Shown piece by piece: positions 1 through 8,188 of a DNA stretch of 64,000 nucleotides. The stretch comes from Acidimicrobiales bacterium (GTDB lineage: Bacteria; Actinomycetota; Acidimicrobiia; Acidimicrobiales; VFJN01): positions 77-64,076 of the forward strand of contig JBOGHK010000007.1 of NCBI GenBank assembly GCA_050744325.1. Direction: 5' to 3'. The stretch's first letter is position 1, and every line of letters starts with the position of its first letter. The notes under the pieces are model-generated. The model had not been told where the DNA came from, made no database searches, and was given only the letters and a program-made list of their open reading frames with translations. The position numbers and the translations under genes were made by a program.

Positions 1-2
1 TG

Positions 3-1262
3 GATGTCCGCCCCGCCGCCGAACTGGTCGGGATCGACCGTCATCAGCTGCTCCATGCGGGACCTCCGCTGGACTGGGAGGCCGCCTCCGGGCCGATGCG
101 TGGCGCGATCATCGGCGCCTGCCTCTACGAGGACTGGGCCGACTCGCCGGAGGCCGCCGAGGCCCTTGCTGCCTCCGGGGCGATCGAGCTCGCACCCTGC
201 CACGACCACGCCAGCGTCGGCCCGATGGCGGGCATCGTGAGCCCGTCGATGCCGATGTGGGTCCTCGATGCCGGCGACGGGCGCACCAGCCGGAGCACCC
301 TCAACGAAGGGCTCGGCAAGGTGTTGCGCTACGGCGCCTACGGCGACGCGATCACTGAACGGTTGCGTTGGATGGAGCACGTGCTCGGGCCGGTCCTGGC
401 TGCAGCGCTGCGCCGCCACGGCCCGATCGACGTCGGCGCGCTGATCGCGTCGATGGTGGCCATGGGCGACGAGGGCCACAACCGCAACCGGGCGGGCACC
501 TCGCTGCTCGTCCGGGCGCTCGCGCCCGACCTCGTGCGCGGCCTAGCCACCGACGAATCCGGCCAGGGCCACGGGTCCGACACGGGTGAGGGCGACGCCG
601 GCACGGCCACCGGGCGACACGGGGCCGGCGACGTGGCCGACGTCCTCGCGTTCGTCGACGCCAACGACCACTTCCTGCTCAACGTGGTCATGGGCGCGGC
701 CAAGCTCGTGGCCGACGCCGGCGCCGACGTCCCCGGGTCGACGGTGGTCGTCGCCATGGCCCGGAACGGCACGGAGTTCGGCATCCGCGTGTCCGGCACC
801 GGCGACCGGTGGTTCACGGCCCCTGCAGCCGTCCCCGAGGGCCTCTACCTGGGCGGCTATGGCCCCGACGACGCCAATGCCGACATCGGCGACTCGGCGA
901 TCACCGAGACGGTCGGGCTCGGAGGGTTCGCGATGGCGGGGGCACCGGCGATCGTGCGACTGGTCGGCGGCACCGTCGACGACGCCATGACCTGGACCGA
1001 GCTGATGTACGAGGTGACCTTGACCGAGCATCCGACATGGAGCCTCCCGACGCTCGACTTCCGTGGTGTGCCCTTCGGCATCGACGTGCTGCGGGTGGTC
1101 CGCACCGGGGTGGCACCGATCGTCAACACCGGGATGGCGGGCCGCGTGGCCGGGACGGGCCAGGTGGGCGCAGGTCTCGTACGTCCGCCGCTCGAGTGCT
1201 TCACGGCGGCGCTCGCGGCCCTTGCGGCTCGCGCCGCACCGGCGGGTAGGACCGCGTCGTGA
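3..1262 (+). CDS. YlbE/AllG-like DUF1116 protein (oxamate carbamoyltransferase-type subunit), 5' end outside window
   Basis: The frame is open from base 3 (DVRPAAELVGIDRHQLLHAGPPLDWEAASGPMRGAIIGA) into ORF 96..1262. Motifs LLHAGPP, PCHDHASVGPMAGI, LNEGLGKVLRYGAYG, MGDEGHNRNRAG and GDSAITETVGLGG match E. coli YlbE as I recall it. Confidence 0.8.
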   Translation, partial: DVRPAAELVGIDRHQLLHAGPPLDWEAASGPMRGAIIGACLYEDWADSPEAAEALAASGAIELAPCHDHASVGPMAGIVSPSMPMWVLDAGDGRTSRSTLNEGLGKVLRYGAYGDAITERLRWMEHVLGPVLAAALRRHGPIDVGALIASMVAMGDEGHNRNRAGTSLLVRALAPDLVRGLATDESGQGHGSDTGEGDAGTATGRHGAGDVADVLAFVDANDHFLLNVVMGAAKLVADAGADVPGSTVVVAMARNGTEFGIRVSGTGDRWFTAPAAVPEGLYLGGYGPDDANADIGDSAITETVGLGGFAMAGAPAIVRLVGGTVDDAMTWTELMYEVTLTEHPTWSLPTLDFRGVPFGIDVLRVVRTGVAPIVNTGMAGRVAGTGQVGAGLVRPPLECFTAALAALAARAAPAGRTAS

Positions 1263-2887
1263 AGCCGCCGCCGTTCACCTACCACCGTCCGGCCTCGGTC
1301 GCGGAGGCGGCGCAGCTGCTCGCCGAGCTGGGCGATGCTGCCAAGGTGCTCGCCGGTGGCCAGAGCCTGGTGCCGCTGCTCAACTTCCGCCTGGCGGCCC
1401 CCGCGCACCTGGTCGACATCAACGGCATCGACGGCCTCGACCGCATCGACGGCCTCGAGCCCGACGACGACGCGGTCGTGGTGGGCGCGACCGTGCGGGA
1501 CGCGCGGCTGCTCCACGATCCGCTGCGCGAGTCCCATCCGCTGCTGGTCGAGGCGGCGGGCTGGATCGCCCATCCCGTGATCCGCAACCGGGGCACGGTC
1601 TGCGGTTCGCTCGCCCATGCCGATCCCGCGGCCGAGCTGCCAGCCGTGCTCGCCCTGCTCGACGGCAGCGTCGAGGCCGTCACCTGGCGGTCCGGACGGC
1701 TCACCAGCCGGCGGATCGCCGCCGCCGACCTCTATGTCGGGCCGCTACAGACCACGCTGCAGCCCGAGGAGCTGGTGGTCGCCGCGACCTTCCCCCGGCT
1801 GCCGGCCGGGACCGGGTGGGCAGTGGAGGAGCTGGCCCGCCGTCACGGTGACTTCGCGCTCGCCGGGGTCGCCCTCGTGGTGGCCGTCGACGACGACGAC
1901 CAGCCGGTCGCAGGTCGTGCCGCCTACCTGTCGTGCGCGCCGACGCCGGTCGTCGTCGACCTCGCCCCGGCGCTGGCCGGCGTCCGCTCTGGCGTCGCTG
2001 AGGGCTCGACCGCGTCCTTGGTGCCGGGGCGAGCCCGCGACGCGGTCTACGACCTGGTCACGTCCTCGCTCGACCCGACCGACGACATCCACGCCGACGC
2101 GGCGTACCGTCGCCACCTCGCGGCCACGCTCACCACCCGGGCACTCGCCCGAGCCCTCGACCGCGCCCGTGCCAACGCCGATCGGGGCGCCACCTGGGCC
2201 GAGATCGGTCCCGAGCCCCGGGATCGGGCCGGCGGTCCGGACGGCGGCTGGTCGGAGGGTCTTCGGTCGGGCGCCGCCCGACGAGGTCGTGCAGCCGGAG
2301 GAGGGGACGATCGAAGCGGGTCGGCGACGTCGGCAGACTCGGCCGCGGATCCACACGAAGTCGTGGTCACGGTGAACGGGGTGGCGCGGGCCGCGCGGGC
2401 ACCGGCGCGGCTGCTGCTGTCCGACTTGCTGCGCCACGATCTGCGGCTTACCGGCACCCACCTCGGTTGCGAGCACGGGGTCTGCGGGGCGTGCACGGTG
2501 CTGCTGGATGGGGCGCCGGTCCGCTCGTGCCTCACGTTCGCCGTGATGGCCGACGGTGCAGACGTCACCACCGTCGAAGGCCTCGGCACGTCCGACGGGG
2601 ACGCCATGGGCGACGCTCAGGTCGAGCTCGGCCCCGTACAGCAGGCGGTCCGCGAGTGCCACGGCCTGCAGTGCGGCTTCTGCACTCCGGGATTCCTGCT
2701 GCTGACCACCGAGCTGCTCCGACGGAACCCCGATCCGTCCGACGACGACATCGTCGAGGCGTTGGGCGGCAACCTGTGCCGCTGCACCGGCTACGTCAAC
2801 ATCGTCCGGTCGGTGCGGCGGGCCAGCGAGCTGGTCGCAGCAACGTCCAGCGCCCCCACGGGCACCGACCAGGAGGACCAGGCGTGA
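1259..2887 (+). CDS. Fused FAD-binding (CoxM-like) and [2Fe-2S] (CoxS-like) subunit of a molybdenum hydroxylase
   Basis: The N-terminal part (LAGGQSLVPLLNFRLAAP, NRGTVCGSLAHADPAAELP) looks like the medium FAD subunit. The C-terminal part has the small-subunit Cys motifs CEHGVCGACTV, LQCGFCTPGF and CRCTGY. GTGA overlap with the upstream stop. Confidence 0.85.
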   Translation: MKPPPFTYHRPASVAEAAQLLAELGDAAKVLAGGQSLVPLLNFRLAAPAHLVDINGIDGLDRIDGLEPDDDAVVVGATVRDARLLHDPLRESHPLLVEAAGWIAHPVIRNRGTVCGSLAHADPAAELPAVLALLDGSVEAVTWRSGRLTSRRIAAADLYVGPLQTTLQPEELVVAATFPRLPAGTGWAVEELARRHGDFALAGVALVVAVDDDDQPVAGRAAYLSCAPTPVVVDLAPALAGVRSGVAEGSTASLVPGRARDAVYDLVTSSLDPTDDIHADAAYRRHLAATLTTRALARALDRARANADRGATWAEIGPEPRDRAGGPDGGWSEGLRSGAARRGRAAGGGDDRSGSATSADSAADPHEVVVTVNGVARAARAPARLLLSDLLRHDLRLTGTHLGCEHGVCGACTVLLDGAPVRSCLTFAVMADGADVTTVEGLGTSDGDAMGDAQVELGPVQQAVRECHGLQCGFCTPGFLLLTTELLRRNPDPSDDDIVEALGGNLCRCTGYVNIVRSVRRASELVAATSSAPTGTDQEDQA

Positions 2888-5286
2888 CCACCCGGTGGTT
2901 CGGCGAGAAGGTGGAGCGTCGCGAGGACCAGCGCCTGCTCACGGGTGCCGGCCGCTTCCTCGACGACGCCGGCCACGACGCCCTCGCCGTCGCCTTCGTG
3001 CGCAGCACTCACGCCCACGCCCGCATCACCGGCGTCGACGTCACCCCTGCCCTCGACGTCGACGGCCTGGTGGGTGTCTACACGTGGGACGACCTGCCCG
3101 GACGCCTGGCCGAGCCGCTGCCGCTGCTGATCCCGCACCCCGACCTGACCCACCCCCGCACCCAGTACGCCCTGGCGAACGGCGAGGTCAACCATGTCGG
3201 CGAGGCGGTGGTCATGGTGGTCGCGGTCGACCGCTACGTGGCAGAGGACGTCGTCGATCGGATCGTCGTCGACTACGAGCCCAGGCCCCCAGTGGTCGGG
3301 ATCGATGCCGCCCGCGCCGCCGAGCACCTGGTCCATCCCGACGTGCCCGGCAACGTCGCCGCCGTCACAACCCAGGAGCTGGGGGACGCTCGTGCCGCGA
3401 TCGGGGCAGCGCCGCTGGTGCTCGAGCTGGACTTCACCATCGAACGCTCGCTGTCCTCGCCGCTGGAAGGGCGCGGCGTCCACGCCCGCTGGGATCGCGA
3501 CGACCAGCGCCTGCGGATCCGCACCTCCACCCAGACGTCCACCGGCGTGCGCGCCGCGGTCGCCAACATCCTCGAGCTGCCCGACGGCGCCGTCGAGGTG
3601 GTGACCCCGGATGTCGGCGGCGGCTTCGGCACCAAGGTGTTGCATCCGTACCCCGAAGAGGTCCTGGTCCCGTGGGCGGCGCGGCTGCTGGGCCGCGAGG
3701 TGAAGTGGGTCGAGGACCGTTACGAGCACTTCGTGTCTGCCACCCACGAACGGGGCCAGCGGCACCACGTGCGTGTGGGCTTCGACGACGAGGGTACGAT
3801 CCTCGGGCTCGACGTCGAGTTCTGGCACGACAACGGCGCCTACACCCCCTATGGCATCGTGCTGCCGATCATCACCGCGACCCAGCTTCCCGGCCCCTAC
3901 CGTCACCGGAACTACCGGGTGACGTTCACGTCGCTCTACACGACCACCGTGACCTGCACGCCGTACCGGGGCGCCGGCCGCCCGCAGGGCTGCTTCGTGA
4001 TGGAGCGCACCATCGACCGCATCGCCGAGCACCTGGGACTCGACCGGGCCGACGTGCGCGAGCGCAACCTCATCGGCCCCGACGAGTTCCCCTACGACTT
4101 CGGCATGACCTTCCAGGACGGCCGACCGCTGATCTACGACTCGGGCGACTACCCGGCTTCGCTGGCCCGGATCAAGGAGCTGGTGGGTTGGGACGGCTTC
4201 GTCGCCGAACGCGCCATCGCCGCGGCCGACGGGCGGCACCTGGGCATCGGGCTGGCCTGCTACGTGGAGGGGACCGGCGTCGGACCGTACGAGGGCGGGC
4301 ACGTCCAGGTCGAGACCAACGGACGGGTGACGGTCGCGACGGGGCTCACCTCGCAGGGTCAGGGGCACGAGACGGTGTTCGCCCAGATCGTCGCCGACGA
4401 GCTCGGGGTGGAGATGGACGACGTGTTCGTGACCACCGGCGACACCCGCCGGTTCCCCTATGCGGTCGGGACCTACGCCAGCCGGGCCGCCGTGATGAGC
4501 GGCAACGCGGTCGCCCTGGCGGCCCGGGCGGTGCGGTCCAAGGCCGTTCGCATCGCCGCCGACGCGCTGGAAGCCGCCCCCGAGGACCTCGACATCGTGG
4601 GCGGCGTCGTGCACGTCCGAGGCACACCGAGCCGGGGGATCCCGCTCTCGCAGGTCGCGGTGCTGTCCAACCCGCTGCGGTACTCGTTCTCCAAGGAGGC
4701 GCAGGCGGCCACCCAGTTCGTCACCCCAGCCGACCCGGACGTCCCGCCCGTGCCTGACGACGAGGAGCCCGGCCTGGAGGCCCGCGACTACTACTCGCCG
4801 GTGCGCTCGACGTTCGCGTCCGGGATGCATGCGGCGGTGGTCGCCGTCGACCCCGAGACCGGGACCGTCGACGTCGTGCGCTACGCGGTGATCCACGACT
4901 GCGGCCCGCTGATCAACCCGATGATCGTGGAGGGTCAGATCCAGGGTGGGGTCGCACAGGGGGTCGCGGGAGCACTGCTCGAACGGGTGGTCTACGACGA
5001 TGCGGGAAACCTGTGCAACGCCAGCTTCATGGACTTCCTGATGCCCTACCTGAGTGAGGTGCCCGAGCCGGTGATCGCCCACCTGGAGACGCCGTCGCCG
5101 CTCAACCCGTTGGGCATCAAGGGCGCAGGGGAGGCCGGGGTGATACCCGGCGCCGCGTGCCTGGCGGCCGCCATCGAGGACGCGGTCGGCGTCCGCATCG
5201 ACCGGATGCCGATCTCACCACCCGAGCTGTGGGCCGTGCTGGCACGACAGGAGGACACCGACATCGTGGAGGTCGCCGAGCCGTGA
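2884..5286 (+). CDS. Xanthine dehydrogenase/CoxL-family molybdopterin-binding large subunit
   Basis: Start placed at GTG 2884 (GTGA overlap), giving the typical N-terminus TTRWFGEKVERREDQRLLTGAGRFLDD. Contains TPYRGAGRPQG. About 800 aa. The upstream part of ORF 2467.. overlaps the CoxS coding region. Confidence 0.85.
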   Translation: MTTRWFGEKVERREDQRLLTGAGRFLDDAGHDALAVAFVRSTHAHARITGVDVTPALDVDGLVGVYTWDDLPGRLAEPLPLLIPHPDLTHPRTQYALANGEVNHVGEAVVMVVAVDRYVAEDVVDRIVVDYEPRPPVVGIDAARAAEHLVHPDVPGNVAAVTTQELGDARAAIGAAPLVLELDFTIERSLSSPLEGRGVHARWDRDDQRLRIRTSTQTSTGVRAAVANILELPDGAVEVVTPDVGGGFGTKVLHPYPEEVLVPWAARLLGREVKWVEDRYEHFVSATHERGQRHHVRVGFDDEGTILGLDVEFWHDNGAYTPYGIVLPIITATQLPGPYRHRNYRVTFTSLYTTTVTCTPYRGAGRPQGCFVMERTIDRIAEHLGLDRADVRERNLIGPDEFPYDFGMTFQDGRPLIYDSGDYPASLARIKELVGWDGFVAERAIAAADGRHLGIGLACYVEGTGVGPYEGGHVQVETNGRVTVATGLTSQGQGHETVFAQIVADELGVEMDDVFVTTGDTRRFPYAVGTYASRAAVMSGNAVALAARAVRSKAVRIAADALEAAPEDLDIVGGVVHVRGTPSRGIPLSQVAVLSNPLRYSFSKEAQAATQFVTPADPDVPPVPDDEEPGLEARDYYSPVRSTFASGMHAAVVAVDPETGTVDVVRYAVIHDCGPLINPMIVEGQIQGGVAQGVAGALLERVVYDDAGNLCNASFMDFLMPYLSEVPEPVIAHLETPSPLNPLGIKGAGEAGVIPGAACLAAAIEDAVGVRIDRMPISPPELWAVLARQEDTDIVEVAEP

Positions 5287-5990
5287 GCGTGATGACCAGC
5301 TTCTCCGTCGACGCTCCGCCCGAGGTCTGGGCGGCGATCACCGACCCCGCGCGGCTGGCCGCCATCGTGCCCGGCTGCCAGTCGGTGACCCGCGACACCG
5401 GTGGTGCGACCGGCCTCCGTCGCGACGGCGCCCAGGGTGACGAGCCGGCACGAGGCGGCAGGGCTCCCGAGGTCGTCGGTGGGGCCGGAGGAAGGGGTGG
5501 CGGTGAGGACGCAGGCCGCAGCGGTGGCCCGCTGCACATCGTGGCCGACCTGGCCGTCGCGTCGGTACGGGGGTTGTGGACCGGGACCGTCGCCGGCGTC
5601 GACGCGGACGCCGTGCGGGTGACGGGATCGGGCGCGCCCGGGACGGTCGACGTGGTGGTGCGGGCAGATCCCGAGCGCACGATGCTCACCGTCGAGGGCA
5701 CGGTCACGGGGGCACTGGCGACCGTCGGTTCGACGGTGCTGGCTGCTGCGATCCGCCGGATGGCGCTCGACGTGCTCGCCGCGGCGGCTGCGTCGGACCC
5801 AGCGGCCCCCGCCGTCGAAGACCGCCGGTCGGGAGCCGACGGAAGGTCCCCGACGAGCCCGGCCGCCTCAGGCGCCACTGCCTCGACGTCGCCAGGCCGC
5901 TCGTCCGGCCGCCTGGTCGTGATCGGCGCCGCCGTGGTCGGCGCGGTGATCGTGGCCCGCCGCCGTCGCTCCCACCGGGCAGGCCGATGA
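5283..5990 (+). CDS. CoxG-like SRPBCC protein with Gly/Arg-rich insert and C-terminal TM tail
   Basis: The N-terminus SFSVDAPPEVWAAITDPARLAAIVPGCQSV is CoxG-like. C-terminal hydrophobic segment LVVIGAAVVGAVIVARRRR. GTGA overlap with the coxL-like stop. Confidence 0.6.
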   Translation: MSVMTSFSVDAPPEVWAAITDPARLAAIVPGCQSVTRDTGGATGLRRDGAQGDEPARGGRAPEVVGGAGGRGGGEDAGRSGGPLHIVADLAVASVRGLWTGTVAGVDADAVRVTGSGAPGTVDVVVRADPERTMLTVEGTVTGALATVGSTVLAAAIRRMALDVLAAAAASDPAAPAVEDRRSGADGRSPTSPAASGATASTSPGRSSGRLVVIGAAVVGAVIVARRRRSHRAGR

Positions 5991-8188
5991 TCGACCGGTC
6001 CGCGGGTCCTGGCCGTCGGCTACGGGTCGGGATCGACACCGGCGGGACGTTCACCGACGTGGTCGTGCTCGACGAGGCCACAGGCAGGCTCACCTCGACC
6101 AAGACGCCCTCGACCCCCGACGACCACTCGGTCGGGTTTCTCACCGGTGCCGAGAGGGCGCTGGACCTGGCCGCCGCGAGCGACGGCGGTCCGGCGGGGT
6201 GGTCGGACGTGGGCTCGGTGTTCCACGGTACGACCGTGGCGACCAACGCCCTGCTGCAGGGCGAGGTGCGCGGGCTGGGCTTCCTCACCACCGCCGGCTT
6301 CCGCCACCTGCTGGAGATCGGCCGGCAGAGCGTGCCGGACGGCTATGGCAACTCCTACTTCTGGGTGAAGCCTGACCGCATCGTGCCGCTCCACCTGGTG
6401 CGCGAGGTGCCCGAACGGGTCGACACAGCCGGTGACGTCCTGTGCCCGCTCGATGAGGCCGCGGTCGTCGCCCAGGCCGCCTGGTTCCGCGACCACGGTG
6501 TCACCGCGGTCGGCGTGTGCTTCCTGCACGCCTACGCCAACCCGACCCACGAGCAGCGGGTCCGCGACCTGTTCGCCGAGACCTATCCCAGCTGCGCCGT
6601 GTCGATCAGCTCGGACGTCCTGCGCGAATACCGCGAGTACGAGCGCTCGGTCACGACCCTGGTCGATGCCTTCGTAAAACCGGCGATCGTGACCTACGTC
6701 CAGCGGTTGGCGTCGCACCTGGCCGAACGAGCGGGCGCGGACGTCCGGTTCTTCGTGATGAAGTCCAACGGCGGGGTCACCTCGGCCGACCAGATCGTCC
6801 GCAAGCCGATCACCACCGTGCTCTCCGGGCCGGCCGCGGGCGCGCTCGGCGCCGCCACGCTGACCCACGCCGCGGGGTTCGACGAGGTCGTCACCCTCGA
6901 CGGCGGCGGCACCTCGACGGACGTGGCGGTCATCCGGTCCGGGGTGCCGTCGTTGACCACCGAGGCGACCATCGGCCGGTTCCCGGCGAAGGTCCCGATG
7001 ATCGACGTCGTCACCGTCGGCGCCGGTGGCGGGTCGATCGCCTGGGTGTCGCCGGAGGGCACGCTCAAGGTCGGGCCGCGCTCGGCGGGAGCCGAGCCTG
7101 GCCCGCTGTGCTACGGGCGGGGCGGCACCGAGCCCACGCTCACCGACGCCGCCCTGGTGCTCGGGCGCATCCCCCCGCACCTGTTGGCCGGCGAGCTGCC
7201 GCTCGACGCCGCGGCCGCTCGGGCGGGGGTCGAGGCGCTTGCCGGCAAGCTCGGCCTCACCCCTGAGGCGTGCGCCGAGGGGATCCTCGAGATCTGGGCC
7301 TGGAACCAGGCCAACGCCATCCGCCAGGTGACCGTGCGCCGGGGGATCGATGTGCGCGACCTCGCGCTCTGCGCCTTCGGTGGGTCCGGACCGTTGCAGG
7401 CGGGACGGCTGCTCGACGTGCTCGGCCTCGCGGCCGCGATCGTCCCGCCGGACCCCGGCAACCTGTGCGCGTTCGGCCTGCTCACCGTCGACGTCCGCCT
7501 CGATGACGTGCGCACGTTCGTCGCCAAGCACCACGAGCTGGACCTCGGGGCGCTGTCCACGGTGTACGTCCAGCTCGAAGGCGACGCCACGGCGGCGCTG
7601 GTCGCGGAGGGGCTGGATCCCGCCGGGCAGCGGCTGGTGCGCTCGGCCGACCTCCGCTACGACGGCCAGGCGTTCGAGGTGCGGGTCGACGTGCCGGCCG
7701 GGCCGGTCGACGAGAGCCTGGTGGCGATGGTGCTCGACCGCTTCCACGACGAGCACGAGCGCCTCTACGGCTACTGCTACCGCGACCGGCAGGCGGTCCG
7801 CCCCAGGGCCGTTCCGGTGGGTGTGACGGGCCCTGCGCGTCCGGCGCAGGACGACGCATCGGGGTCGGTCCGGGCTGTCCCGACGCACGGGGTCGAGTGG
7901 GTGAACGTGCGCCTGACGGCGATCAGCCCCCTCGACGCACCGACGACGGCCCCGATCCCGGCGGGCACCGGCGCGGTCGAGCCGGCCTCGGTTCGGCCGG
8001 TGTTCTTCGACGGGGACTGGCACGACACGCCGGTGGTGTGGCGTGGCGACCTCGGCGCCGGCGACGTCGTGCACGGCCCTGCCGTGGTCGAGGAGTACAG
8101 CTCGACGATGCCGCTGCCGCCGGGCACACGGGCCGAGGTCGACCGGCTCGGCACTCTCGTGATCCGCCGCGACCAGGGGACGCCATGA
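5987..8188 (+). CDS. hyuA: Hydantoinase/oxoprolinase family A subunit (ATP-dependent)
   Basis: Start at ATG 5987 (ATGA overlap). N-terminus LRVGIDTGGTFTDVVVLD is typical of HyuA/OplA/acetone carboxylase beta. About 730 aa. Confidence 0.85.
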   Translation: MIDRSAGPGRRLRVGIDTGGTFTDVVVLDEATGRLTSTKTPSTPDDHSVGFLTGAERALDLAAASDGGPAGWSDVGSVFHGTTVATNALLQGEVRGLGFLTTAGFRHLLEIGRQSVPDGYGNSYFWVKPDRIVPLHLVREVPERVDTAGDVLCPLDEAAVVAQAAWFRDHGVTAVGVCFLHAYANPTHEQRVRDLFAETYPSCAVSISSDVLREYREYERSVTTLVDAFVKPAIVTYVQRLASHLAERAGADVRFFVMKSNGGVTSADQIVRKPITTVLSGPAAGALGAATLTHAAGFDEVVTLDGGGTSTDVAVIRSGVPSLTTEATIGRFPAKVPMIDVVTVGAGGGSIAWVSPEGTLKVGPRSAGAEPGPLCYGRGGTEPTLTDAALVLGRIPPHLLAGELPLDAAAARAGVEALAGKLGLTPEACAEGILEIWAWNQANAIRQVTVRRGIDVRDLALCAFGGSGPLQAGRLLDVLGLAAAIVPPDPGNLCAFGLLTVDVRLDDVRTFVAKHHELDLGALSTVYVQLEGDATAALVAEGLDPAGQRLVRSADLRYDGQAFEVRVDVPAGPVDESLVAMVLDRFHDEHERLYGYCYRDRQAVRPRAVPVGVTGPARPAQDDASGSVRAVPTHGVEWVNVRLTAISPLDAPTTAPIPAGTGAVEPASVRPVFFDGDWHDTPVVWRGDLGAGDVVHGPAVVEEYSSTMPLPPGTRAEVDRLGTLVIRRDQGTP

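Noticed and set aside
5157-5282. Upstream extensions of several ORFs (for example 5157.., 5576.., 7897.., 26165.., 27235.., 45740.., 50538..)
   Set aside because: The extensions overlap the preceding gene's coding region and look off-frame. In each case a start codon forming a 4-nt overlap, or preceded by an RBS, gives the family-typical N-terminus.
2791-8074. Long minus-strand ORFs (2791..5082, 6020..8074) across the coxL-like and hyuA genes
   Set aside because: They are antisense to genes with strong family motifs, have low-complexity Arg/Gly/His-rich translations, and lack plausible starts or coupling.
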